DNA of 64,000 nucleotides from Dehalococcoidia bacterium. Its GTDB lineage: Bacteria > Chloroflexota > Dehalococcoidia > Plut-88900. This document shows positions 48,542-57,606 of the stretch, piece after piece. Location of the stretch: contig CBDBLV010000004.1 of assembly GCA_965207225.1 (NCBI GenBank), positions 480,001-544,000 on the forward strand, written 5' to 3'. The translations under genes were made by a program, and so were the position numbers. Position 1 is the stretch's first letter. Every line of letters begins with the position of its first letter. The notes beneath the pieces were generated by a model. It was not told where the DNA came from and made no database searches. It saw only the letters and a list, made by a program, of their open reading frames with translations.

Positions 48542-49197
48542 CAGTTCGAACTGATATTCAGTAACTTAAGGAGGAACCAAAAACCCAGGGAAGCCCCGAG
48601 ACCCAACCCGAGGACTCAACGCCCTAGCCCATCCCAATGCCTCTCCCCTCCCATAGGGAGGCGACCGGCCAATCGCTCCCCTTGCGAGACAGGAAGGTTG
48701 CGGCACAAGCGAAAAGCGCCATCTCCTCACCTCACGGGTCCCCGTGTCCCTTCCCTGACCCACCAGGCGATGGATGGTCCATCGACTCTATGCGGCATCA
48801 GGCCTCTCTATGACGACGCCCTTGCCGATACGACGCCCCTTACCCAGGCGTATACGCCTCGCCGACTTAACCCTCGCCGAGGAATTCCGCGAGTCTTCTG
48901 ACTCGTTTTCCAGGGCCTTAGTGCCCTTATGCGGCTCCTCCCGCCCACGGCGGCTTCGAGCCGATATGCCGTCTCGTACAGCGGTCGAGCGCTGATGCCG
49001 GACGGATGTGCCCCGCGCAGAGACGCCCTCGACGCCGGCAAGTCTCCCAAGGCATGCGTGTAGGGAAAGGCAGGACAGCCGCCGATGCCACAAGCGTCAG
49101 CGTAGGTGCCAAAGAGATCCTGCATCTGAGTCCTGGACCTTCCATCGCCGACCCCCTCCAAAACAGACAAAATGCAAACCCAAACCCCACAACCGAA
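48542..49197 (+). ncRNA. Putative large structured ncRNA, copy 2
   Basis: Scaffold shared with 28473-29032, different internal domain. Confidence 0.55.
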
Positions 49198-49591
49198 CAA
49201 CACCTCCCCCACCGTCATCCCCGACTTACCCACCTGTCATTCCCGACTCCGATCGGGAATCCATCCCGAGGGGCGGGGTCGGGTTCCCGTAGGGACGACC
49301 CGCCGGTCGCCCTCCCCAGTGAGGAAGGTGAGGGTTCCCTCCCCGTTCCTTAAACAATCAAAGCCGTGCCTGAAACTGCAAAACAATCAAACACCCGCCC
49401 CTCCCTCTTGCCCCTGCACCACGCGAAATCCCCAGAAATCCCTTTAGGCGTCATTCAATCAAACCAGCTATGAGTTCAATCAAAACTCCACCCCCGCAGC
49501 GGACGACTCCAAGAGGCTCACCCACCCCTCCCAACGTGATAACCTACCCGCAGGAAGTCTGCGCAATGCAAGCAGACCGGAGGTGCCAGCC

Positions 49592-50938
49592 ATGACCACC
49601 ACGAGACCCGCCTTCCTCACCGATACCTACGCCGGTTACCACCACCGTGACGTCCCGACCGAAGACATCGACCTTACCCACGTCGGCCCCGGCACTCCCG
49701 CGGGTGAATACCTCCGACGCTTCTGGCAGCCCATCGCCCATTCCAATGACCTGGAGGACCTGCCCGTGAGAGTCCGCATCCTCGGCGAAGACCTCGTCGT
49801 CTTCCGGGACGGCGCCGGGCGGGTCGGGCTGCTGGAGCTGCACTGCTGCCACAGGGGGACATCCCTGGAATACGGCAAGATCGAGCCGGTCGGCATCAGG
49901 TGCTGCTACCACGGCTGGCTCTTCGACATATCCGGCAAAATCCTGGAGACCCCCGGCGAACCCGAGACCAGCACCCTGAAAGACCGTCTCTACCACGGCG
50001 CCTACCCCGCACACGAATATAACGGCCTCGTCTTCGCCTACATGGGCCCTCCCGACAAGATCTACCCTTTCCCCATCTACGACGCCTACACCGCGCCCGG
50101 CATGTCCCTCGCAGTCGGGACCGGGAACTCGAAGGACTGCAACTGGCTCCAGGTAATGGACAACGTTGTCGACCCCGTCCACGAGGCCTTCCTCCACGCT
50201 CGCATCAGCAACGTCCAGTTCACCGACTCCGAAGGTAAGCCAATCGATGCCCTCCTCGACGTTGGCGCCTTCGACGTTCTGGAGTCCCCCATCGGCCTCA
50301 TGTGCTGCGTAACCCGCCGCATCGACGGCCACATCTGGTCCCACAACGTCGAGTACATCGCCCCCAACATCGCCCACATCCCCCTCCCCCCCGACCTCCC
50401 CCTCAAGTACAACGAGGGCCAGGACCAGGTCTGCATTTACCCCACCCTCTTCCGGTGGCGCGTCCCCCAGGACGACACTACGACATTGGAATTCACCTTC
50501 ACCCGCACCCCCGAAGGCCAGGTCGACGAGTACACCAACAACCCCGAGTTTGCCACCATGGCCCAGAACGCCGGCGCCGCTCGGCCCTACGAGGACCGCC
50601 AGCGATTCCCCGCCGACTACGACGCCCAGGTCGGCCAGCGCGAAATCGCCGTCCACGACCTTGAGCACCTCGCCACCACCGACAGGGGCGTGATAATGAT
50701 GCGCCGTATGATCCGAGACGGCATCCTCGCCATCGAACAGGGACGGGACCCCGTCGGCGTCTTCCGGGACCCCCCACCCGACCCCATCCCCACCTACGGC
50801 TACGAGACCTCCGCCAAAATCCCCCCCGCCCCCACCCCCGAACAAGACGAGAAGCTCATAAAGGAGACTGGCTTGAACTTCGCTAGAAGCTACCTTTCCC
50901 AACCCCCCGCCCAGTCCCCCTGTTTGAGAATCCAGTAG
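49592..50938 (+). CDS. Rieske aromatic ring-hydroxylating oxygenase (phthalate dioxygenase-like)
   Basis: CCHRG..CCYHGW Rieske ligands, DPVHEAFLH, EHLATTD. Confidence 0.9.
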   Translation: MTTTRPAFLTDTYAGYHHRDVPTEDIDLTHVGPGTPAGEYLRRFWQPIAHSNDLEDLPVRVRILGEDLVVFRDGAGRVGLLELHCCHRGTSLEYGKIEPVGIRCCYHGWLFDISGKILETPGEPETSTLKDRLYHGAYPAHEYNGLVFAYMGPPDKIYPFPIYDAYTAPGMSLAVGTGNSKDCNWLQVMDNVVDPVHEAFLHARISNVQFTDSEGKPIDALLDVGAFDVLESPIGLMCCVTRRIDGHIWSHNVEYIAPNIAHIPLPPDLPLKYNEGQDQVCIYPTLFRWRVPQDDTTTLEFTFTRTPEGQVDEYTNNPEFATMAQNAGAARPYEDRQRFPADYDAQVGQREIAVHDLEHLATTDRGVIMMRRMIRDGILAIEQGRDPVGVFRDPPPDPIPTYGYETSAKIPPAPTPEQDEKLIKETGLNFARSYLSQPPAQSPCLRIQ

Positions 50939-50947
50939 AGCCCATCT

Positions 50948-52168
50948 ATGCCCGACTCTCAATTCGACATCGCCATTATCGGCGGCGGCATTATCGGCCT
51001 CGCCACCGCCCTCCAGATCTCCCGACGCTTCCCTTCCGCCAAATGCGTCGTCCTCGAAAAGGAAGCCTCCCTCGGACAGCACCAGACCGGCCACAACAAC
51101 TGCTGCATTCACACCGGCATCTACTACCGCACCGGCTCCCTCAAGGCCCGGAACTGTGTACGCGGCGCCCGGCTCCTCAAGGAGTTCTGCGACCAGAACG
51201 GCGTCGACTACGAAAACTGTGGCAAGGTCATCGTCGCAACTTCCGAGTCCGAGGTCCCTTCCCTTGAAGAGCTTTACCGCCGGGGCACGGCCAACGGCGT
51301 ATCCGGCCTCCAGGTCATAAGCCCCGAGAGACTCCGCGAAATCGAGCCCCACGCCAGCGGTGTCAAGGCCATCCACTCCCCCGAGACCGCCATCGTCGAC
51401 TACAACGAAGTCACCGACGCCTATGCCAGTCTCTTACAGGAGTCGGGGGGAGAAGTCCTTACGGGCGCGCGCGTCTCCTCTATCGCCTCCCGATCCGACG
51501 GCCTGACCATCAACACCACACGGGGCTCGGTCTCCACCCGCTACCTCGTCAACTGTGCAGGTCTTCACGCCGACAGCATTGCCGCCATGGCCGGTGTCCG
51601 GACCAATGTCCGCCTCATCCCCTTCCGCGGCGAGTTCTACGCCCTTAAGCCCAACGTCAGAGGCCTAGTCCGCAATCTCATTTACCCCGTCCCCGACCCG
51701 CGCTTCCCCTTCTTGGGCGCTACCTTCGGCAGGATCAAGGGCGGGGTCATCCGATGCGGCCCCAACGCCATGGTTGCCGGGTCCCGGGAGGGGTACTCAA
51801 TCACCACCCTTGATCCGTCAGAGGTCTGGTCCATAGCCTCCCAGCCCGCCTTCTGGCGCATGGCCGCCCGCTACTGGCGCACCGGATTCCAGGAAATCTA
51901 CTTCTCCCTCAGCAAGGCCGCGTTTGTCCGGTCTATGCAGAAGCTCGTCCCCGAGATCAACCCCAGCGATCTGGAAAAGTGGGGCAGCGGAGTCCGGGCC
52001 CAGGCCATCCTCCCTGACGGCTCCCTAGTAGACGATTTCGTCATCGAAGAGACATCCAACGCCGTCCACGTCATCAACGCCCCGTCACCCGGGGCCACAT
52101 CTTCACTCTCAATTGGACTCTACGTTGCGGACCGCGCAGCCGCCATCTTCGACCTTCCCACCCCCTAG
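50948..52168 (+). CDS. L-2-hydroxyglutarate oxidase-like FAD enzyme (divergent)
   Basis: GGGIIG, HQTGHN, YPVPDPRFPFLG, GVRAQA, NAPSPGAT. Confidence 0.85.
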   Translation: MPDSQFDIAIIGGGIIGLATALQISRRFPSAKCVVLEKEASLGQHQTGHNNCCIHTGIYYRTGSLKARNCVRGARLLKEFCDQNGVDYENCGKVIVATSESEVPSLEELYRRGTANGVSGLQVISPERLREIEPHASGVKAIHSPETAIVDYNEVTDAYASLLQESGGEVLTGARVSSIASRSDGLTINTTRGSVSTRYLVNCAGLHADSIAAMAGVRTNVRLIPFRGEFYALKPNVRGLVRNLIYPVPDPRFPFLGATFGRIKGGVIRCGPNAMVAGSREGYSITTLDPSEVWSIASQPAFWRMAARYWRTGFQEIYFSLSKAAFVRSMQKLVPEINPSDLEKWGSGVRAQAILPDGSLVDDFVIEETSNAVHVINAPSPGATSSLSIGLYVADRAAAIFDLPTP

Positions 52169-52171
52169 CCT

Positions 52172-52930
52172 CTACTCCTTCACCCCCCAGCACCACGCAG
52201 CCGGAGTACCCACCCCCCTTACCCCTACTACCCGTCCCCCTTGGCCTTCCACCCACGCCGATACTTCCTCTCCGTCAATCGGCGCCCCGTCCCAGGTCTT
52301 TCCCGCTTCCCGGGTATCGATCCCGAACAGACGGGGCAAAAGCGGCACCTTGCACCTATCCAAAACGCCCCAAATTACCCTCTCCCTCCACCCGATCTTT
52401 CGCTCCGTCTCACCGTTGTACTGGAACAAGAATCCTCCCGCGGGCCTCAACGTCCGCAGCATTTCAGCCACGTTCCTGAGGACTATCTCCTTTTCCGGCA
52501 CATGCTGGAACACCAGGAAACTGAAGGCAAAGTCCAGGCTCCCGCCCTCAATAGACGAGAGGTCAAATCCGTTCGTGATCTCCCACCTCACATTACCCAG
52601 TTCGGAGCAATAGCCTCGGGCCCGTTCAACCATCTCCCCCGATACGTCCGTTGCGTGCACAGACCTAAACCGCGCCGCCAACGCTCTCGTCATCCGCCCC
52701 ACCCCACACCCCAGCTCTAGCATCCCCGACTTGCTGGCATCCAACCCGAGTTCTCTAATCACGGGGTCCACGAACAACTCGCGGTCCCTCTTCCCTGACT
52801 CGAAGAACTCTTCTATGTCCCATTTGTGCCCGACCTTCCACGTCGAGTAGTAGAATGCGTCCGCCCGCGCCCGCTCATCCCAGTCCCGGCTCATCCTCGT
52901 GCCCCATTCACTCTTGGTCCGTTCGTTCAT
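52172..52930 (-). CDS. Class I SAM-dependent methyltransferase
   Basis: LELGCGVGR, DVS, VFQHVP, LRPAG. Confidence 0.85.
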   Translation of the reverse strand: MNERTKSEWGTRMSRDWDERARADAFYYSTWKVGHKWDIEEFFESGKRDRELFVDPVIRELGLDASKSGMLELGCGVGRMTRALAARFRSVHATDVSGEMVERARGYCSELGNVRWEITNGFDLSSIEGGSLDFAFSFLVFQHVPEKEIVLRNVAEMLRTLRPAGGFLFQYNGETERKIGWRERVIWGVLDRCKVPLLPRLFGIDTREAGKTWDGAPIDGEEVSAWVEGQGGRVVGVRGVGTPAAWCWGVKE

Positions 52931-53058
52931 TATCTTTCTGTACTGAATATCACCCGAACGCAACCTCCATTGCCCGAAAGACGGAGCCGGGCGTGAGGAG
53001 GTAGAATGGCCGTCGGCGGCCTTGCCGGGTTCTGAAGGTTAGCAAAGGTGTACATTAA

Positions 53059-53889
53059 ATGATTCGACGCGTAGCAATTATAGGCGCCGGCAGGTTCGCA
53101 GAGGTCATGCTCGACGTCATGACCACCCCCGAGGAGCGCGCCGCGGGATTCGAAGTCGTCGCTTCCCACCGCCGTCCCGAACGTCGGGCCGAACTCCAAC
53201 AGCGCTACAACATCACCGTCTACGCTGACAACCGTGAGGCCTGCCACGATGCAGACGTTGTATACACCCTTGTCCGTCCTGACCAGATGGCCAACCTAAT
53301 GAAGGAAATCGGCCCTGTCATCACGGATGACCAGGTCCTCGCTGCTGGGGCCGCGACCCTTCCCATGTCGTTCTACAGGCCCTTCCTCGCCTCCAAATGC
53401 ACCCTGTCCTGGGTTTTTCCTACGCCCTTCATGCGCCAGAAATCCGGTTTCCTGGCGCTCTGCCCCGAGCCCGGCTCCAACCCCGACCGCATCCATGACC
53501 TCGAGTCCTACTGGTCTCGCTTCTGCGAGCGGATAATCACCATCGACGAGCGGGCCATGGACACCTTCGTCCTGCTCCACGCCGCGGGTCTCACATTCCT
53601 CTGGCCGATTATGAAGGCGTACGTGGAATTCGGAGCAGCCAACGGTCTTACACGGGAAGAGGCGCAGGCAATAACCCTCAGCACATTTGTAAATGGCGGA
53701 CACTGGATGGAGCAAAACGACTCCAGCCCCATGGGCATCGAAGGCATGATGGAGGAATTCTCCGTTCCCGGAAGCCTGACTGCAGCCGGCCTGTCAGTCC
53801 TCCGCCGTAACTTCGTAGAGTCCCTCTACGCCCAGACCCTTGAGACCGGCATGTCCCAGGCCCGGGCCAACAGAGAGATTGCAGGCTAG
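53059..53889 (+). CDS. Pyrroline-5-carboxylate reductase-like NAD(P)-binding protein
   Basis: IIGAG, DN..ADVV..VRP, GLTREEA, PGSLTAAGL. Confidence 0.7.
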   Translation: MIRRVAIIGAGRFAEVMLDVMTTPEERAAGFEVVASHRRPERRAELQQRYNITVYADNREACHDADVVYTLVRPDQMANLMKEIGPVITDDQVLAAGAATLPMSFYRPFLASKCTLSWVFPTPFMRQKSGFLALCPEPGSNPDRIHDLESYWSRFCERIITIDERAMDTFVLLHAAGLTFLWPIMKAYVEFGAANGLTREEAQAITLSTFVNGGHWMEQNDSSPMGIEGMMEEFSVPGSLTAAGLSVLRRNFVESLYAQTLETGMSQARANREIAG

Positions 53890-54254
53890 CAGCCCTCCGC
53901 AAGGACAAACTCATTGCCGTCCGGGTCTGCAAAAATGGCGAATGACCCCCATTTCATCTTCGTGGGCATCTGCGAAAACTCCACCCCCAGCCCCGACAAC
54001 CGACGGTATTCTGCATCAACATCCTCGCACCCAAACACAACCGAAGGCTTCCGCCTGTCCCAGTCCTGCATCATCTCCCGCGGGTAAATAACAATTCGAG
54101 ACTGCGCCCCCGGAGGCGCCACTTCTAACCATCTCCCCTGCCGGCCCATTGAAAGATCTGCCCTCACCTCAAACCCTAGCGCCTCCGTGTAGAAACGTAG
54201 CGCCGCATCCTGGTCAGAAACGTACACCCCAACAGTCCTGATATTGCTTATCAT
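53886..54254 (-). CDS. VOC/glyoxalase family protein
   Basis: VSDQDAALRFY..LGF, RWLEV, FADPDGN. Confidence 0.88.
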   Translation of the reverse strand: MISNIRTVGVYVSDQDAALRFYTEALGFEVRADLSMGRQGRWLEVAPPGAQSRIVIYPREMMQDWDRRKPSVVFGCEDVDAEYRRLSGLGVEFSQMPTKMKWGSFAIFADPDGNEFVLAEGC

Positions 54255-54274
54255 CCATCAAATTCTCCGGCTCA

Positions 54275-54306
54275 TTGACTCAGAGGTCAAACTCTGAGGA
54301 TAACGT
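54275..54306 (+). promoter_or_regulatory. MerR-type promoter/operator candidate
   Basis: TTGACT-20 nt-TAACGT with dyad CTCAGAG-N6-CTCTGAG across the spacer. Confidence 0.5.
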
Positions 54307-54386
54307 CCCATGTCGGACGGGTGGCTACCCGACCTTTTTCTGGCATACCCTAGACACAACGAATTCTCTTACACATCAGGAAGGAC

Positions 54387-55631
54387 ATACCAGTTACCAC
54401 TAGACCGAGGCTCTTTTACGGCTGGTGGATCGTCATCGCCGCGGTCCCCGTATCCATCATCACCGGCGCATTCTTCTATGGCTTCTCCGCCCTCTTCGAC
54501 CCCATTCTCGAAGAGTTTGGATGGTCCAGAGCCGTCACCTCCGTGGCTTTTGCCCTTCAGCAGGGCGAAAGTGGCATCGCCGCGCCCCTTGTGGGCGTTC
54601 TTGTAGATAGGCTCGGCCCCAGACGCGTGATCTTCGTAGGAGGCATTGTATACGGCCTCGGCTTCCTGCTACTCGGTCGCATCGATAGCCTCTGGCTTTT
54701 CTACGCTACCTTTCTCGTCATCTCTGTCGGCAGCAGCGGTTGCAACCCTATCGTCATGTATATCGGTGCCGCCCAGTGGTTCCGCCGCAAGCAGGGCCGG
54801 GCTATGGCCCTTATCGCCAGTGGGTCGGCTTTCAGTGGCATCATGGTCTACCTACTGGTCGTCCTCATCAACGCCTACGGTTGGCGAAACACCGTTTTCG
54901 TCATGGGAGTCGCATCCTGGATCATCGTCCTTCCCCTGGCCTTGGTCTTTCGACATCGACCCCAGCAATACGGCCTCTCCCCCGACGGCGGATCCGTCAC
55001 AAGAGCTTCCACCTCCCACCCCCGACGCCAGGAGATCGACTTCCCATTCCGCAGGGCCATAGCCACCCGCACATTCTGGTATCTGGGCGCCGTCTTCACC
55101 CTATGGACCCTAGTCCACGGCGCCGTCATTTCCCAGCTTATCTCCGCTCTCACCCTGGATGGCGAAGTTTCCAGGAACATAGCCGGTATTGCTGGTGCTG
55201 CCGTACCCCTCTTCAGCCTGATCGGCCGCCTCGGCTTCGGTACCCTCTCGGATTTCGTAGACAAGAACCTGGTAGTTGTCATCAGCCTTGCCATTCAGGC
55301 CGTGGGCCTGGTCCTATTCGTCAACCCCGCTTCACCCTTCCTGGCCATAGCCGGGTCCTTCTTCTACGGGGTGGGGTCGGGTGGGGTTATACCTGTCCGC
55401 TCTGCCCTCCAGGCCGACCTTTTCGGGGCCCGAAACTTCGGCGCCATCCAGGGCGGCCTCCGATTCCTCGCCACCGCCGGTGGCATAGCAGGTCCTATCA
55501 TGGCCGGCTTCATCGCCGACGTGCAGGACTCCTACGCCCTCTTCTATTTCATCGCCATCGGTGCCCTCGCCCTCACCGCCGTCTTCGTCATACTCCTCCG
55601 CCAGCCCCACCCCCCAAGGCGCCTCGCTTAG
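54387..55631 (+). CDS. MFS transporter (likely non-canonical ATA start)
   Basis: Frame extends 52 codons upstream of GTG 54543 through RLFYGWWIV; motif A GVLVDRLGPR. Confidence 0.8.
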   Translation: MPVTTRPRLFYGWWIVIAAVPVSIITGAFFYGFSALFDPILEEFGWSRAVTSVAFALQQGESGIAAPLVGVLVDRLGPRRVIFVGGIVYGLGFLLLGRIDSLWLFYATFLVISVGSSGCNPIVMYIGAAQWFRRKQGRAMALIASGSAFSGIMVYLLVVLINAYGWRNTVFVMGVASWIIVLPLALVFRHRPQQYGLSPDGGSVTRASTSHPRRQEIDFPFRRAIATRTFWYLGAVFTLWTLVHGAVISQLISALTLDGEVSRNIAGIAGAAVPLFSLIGRLGFGTLSDFVDKNLVVVISLAIQAVGLVLFVNPASPFLAIAGSFFYGVGSGGVIPVRSALQADLFGARNFGAIQGGLRFLATAGGIAGPIMAGFIADVQDSYALFYFIAIGALALTAVFVILLRQPHPPRRLA

Positions 55632-55640
55632 CAAGCCATT

Positions 55641-56765
55641 TCATCGTAAAGTGGTTGGCTGGCCTGCAGAATTCTCCCGCCCTAACCCATACCTCCCCAC
55701 TACCCTCGACTCCTCCCCTCTCCACACCTCCCTCGCCACAGTCTGCCCCACGATAGCCGCAAGAGTTATCCCACTGTGCATAGCCGCCACATACACCCCC
55801 TCCACCCCCGGCACCCGACCTATCAGCGGCAGACCATCCTCCGGCATCGGCCTCAACCCGATCCTAAACTCGGTTATCTCCAGCTCTCCGAGCCCCTTGA
55901 TATCCCGTGCTGCTACATCTCTCAGTCCATACAGCCAGGAAGGCACGCTAGAAGTTTCCGTGTATTCATCGGCAAGGACATCGAAAGCGTCACTGCCAAT
56001 CTGCAAGCCCCCGTCTTCGGTTGGCCTGCAGTGATAAATGCCCGGGTAGACGACACCCTTCAACAGGGGCTTCGGCGGCTTGAAGACCGCCAGCACCCCC
56101 ACCGTCCGACCCATCGGCAGCTGGTATCCGAGCGGCGCCAGCAGCCCCCCACTCGACACTCCTGCCGCTACAACCACCTCGTCTCCGGCAACGAAACCCT
56201 CCGTAGTATCCACCCCTCTCACCCTACCCCCGCAGATCGTGATCTCAACCACAGAGCACGAGTCCGCAATCCGCGTGCCCATTTCCGTCGCTCTTTCGCA
56301 GAGCGACCGGGCCAAAGTTGTCCCTTCTACCCACCTCTCGTTGGGCAGGTGCAGCACCGGGCCCCAGTGGTCCCTGACCCGGACATTTGGTTCTATCTCC
56401 GCCGCCTGCTCCGGGTTCAATACTTCGTGGGGATAGTCCCACTCCTCCAACTCGGCCAGAACTCTGTCAAACGTCTTCAGCCCACCGACCATGGAGGCCG
56501 GCCAATGCAGCGCCCCCCGAGACCCTATCCCACTCCCCGGCCCCAGTTCTTCCTCGAGTCTGTCATATGCCTCGACACCTAGCCGGCTGAACCTGTGATA
56601 GTGCTCGGGCCGCTTCAAAACAGCGTTGACGTAAGCAGTGGACGCCCCCGACGTCCCACCCCCCACCCTACCCCGCTCTACTACAGTCACCCGTGCACCC
56701 TCTTTGCTGAGGTAGTAAGCTATGGCCGAACCGACAACCCCGGCTCCAATTACAATTACCTGCAA
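55641..56765 (-). CDS. FAD-dependent oxidoreductase (DAO/glycine oxidase family)
   Basis: IGAGVVG, GLRPMPEDGLPLIG, HSGITLA. Confidence 0.85.
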   Translation of the reverse strand: MQVIVIGAGVVGSAIAYYLSKEGARVTVVERGRVGGGTSGASTAYVNAVLKRPEHYHRFSRLGVEAYDRLEEELGPGSGIGSRGALHWPASMVGGLKTFDRVLAELEEWDYPHEVLNPEQAAEIEPNVRVRDHWGPVLHLPNERWVEGTTLARSLCERATEMGTRIADSCSVVEITICGGRVRGVDTTEGFVAGDEVVVAAGVSSGGLLAPLGYQLPMGRTVGVLAVFKPPKPLLKGVVYPGIYHCRPTEDGGLQIGSDAFDVLADEYTETSSVPSWLYGLRDVAARDIKGLGELEITEFRIGLRPMPEDGLPLIGRVPGVEGVYVAAMHSGITLAAIVGQTVAREVWRGEESRVVGRYGLGRENSAGQPTTLR

Positions 56766-56829
56766 GTTGTGACCTCTAGAGCAATACCGAAATTACCAAC
56801 CCGGACGACTGGAACGGAATCATACACTA

Positions 56830-57606
56830 ATGACCATTGAAGATCTCAAGCTGAAGGCCATCAACATAGCTCCTATCAAGTCCCTCGGACTTTCCCACCC
56901 GACAACTGTCCATGTCGTAGAAAAAGGCATTGTCGAAGATCGGCGCTTCCACGTTATCGACGACAGGGGCAGGCTGATGACCCAGCGGCAGATCGCCCGC
57001 ATGGTGCAGATTCAGGCCGATTACCGCCTCGAACCCGAGAGCCTCTCCCTGACCTTCCCCGATGGGACTTCAATCCAGGGCCCGCCGCAAACGGAAGAGA
57101 GCGTGTCTACCTTCATATTCGGGCGCATGGTCAAGGGAAACGTTGTAGCCGGAGACTTCAATCAGGCACTATCTACCTTCTGCGGCGCCAATCTCCGGCT
57201 GGTCAAGTCCGAAACTCCCGGCCAGGCCCAGGACGCCTACCCCATTTCCATCCTATCCCAAGGCTCACTCGACCAGCTCGCCAATCAAGCAGGCCTCGCG
57301 ACTCCCTTGGACAGCCGACGCTTCCGCCCCAACTTCCTCATCCACAACTCCACCCCCCACGAAGAAGATGCATGGGTGGGAAGCGAAGTTGCAGTCGGTG
57401 ATGAAGTGCTAATCAGCGTCGTCTCCCGGGACCCGAGGTGCGCCATCACCACCCACGACCCTAACACCGGCCAGCGGGACATGAACACCCTCCGCATAAT
57501 CCTAGGCTACCGCCCCGACCCCCAGGCCGCCTATTTCGGCGTATATGGCAACGTTTCGTCCCCTGGTTCCGTATCCCTAGGGGACGCGGTCGCCCCTTTA
57601 GCCTAG
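56830..57606 (+). CDS. MOSC domain protein
   Basis: PIKS, DRRF, RRFRPN, ED.W, RCAIT, FGVYG. Confidence 0.88.
   Translation: MTIEDLKLKAINIAPIKSLGLSHPTTVHVVEKGIVEDRRFHVIDDRGRLMTQRQIARMVQIQADYRLEPESLSLTFPDGTSIQGPPQTEESVSTFIFGRMVKGNVVAGDFNQALSTFCGANLRLVKSETPGQAQDAYPISILSQGSLDQLANQAGLATPLDSRRFRPNFLIHNSTPHEEDAWVGSEVAVGDEVLISVVSRDPRCAITTHDPNTGQRDMNTLRIILGYRPDPQAAYFGVYGNVSSPGSVSLGDAVAPLA

Noticed and set aside
48782-49125. CRISPR or TIGR-like array
   Set aside because: No identical repeats or fixed period; no cas or Tas-like genes.
49544-51376. Long antisense ORFs (610 aa here; also 22214-23317, 23597-24736, 15287-16456)
   Set aside because: Shadows of real genes caused by high GC and codon bias; no motifs.
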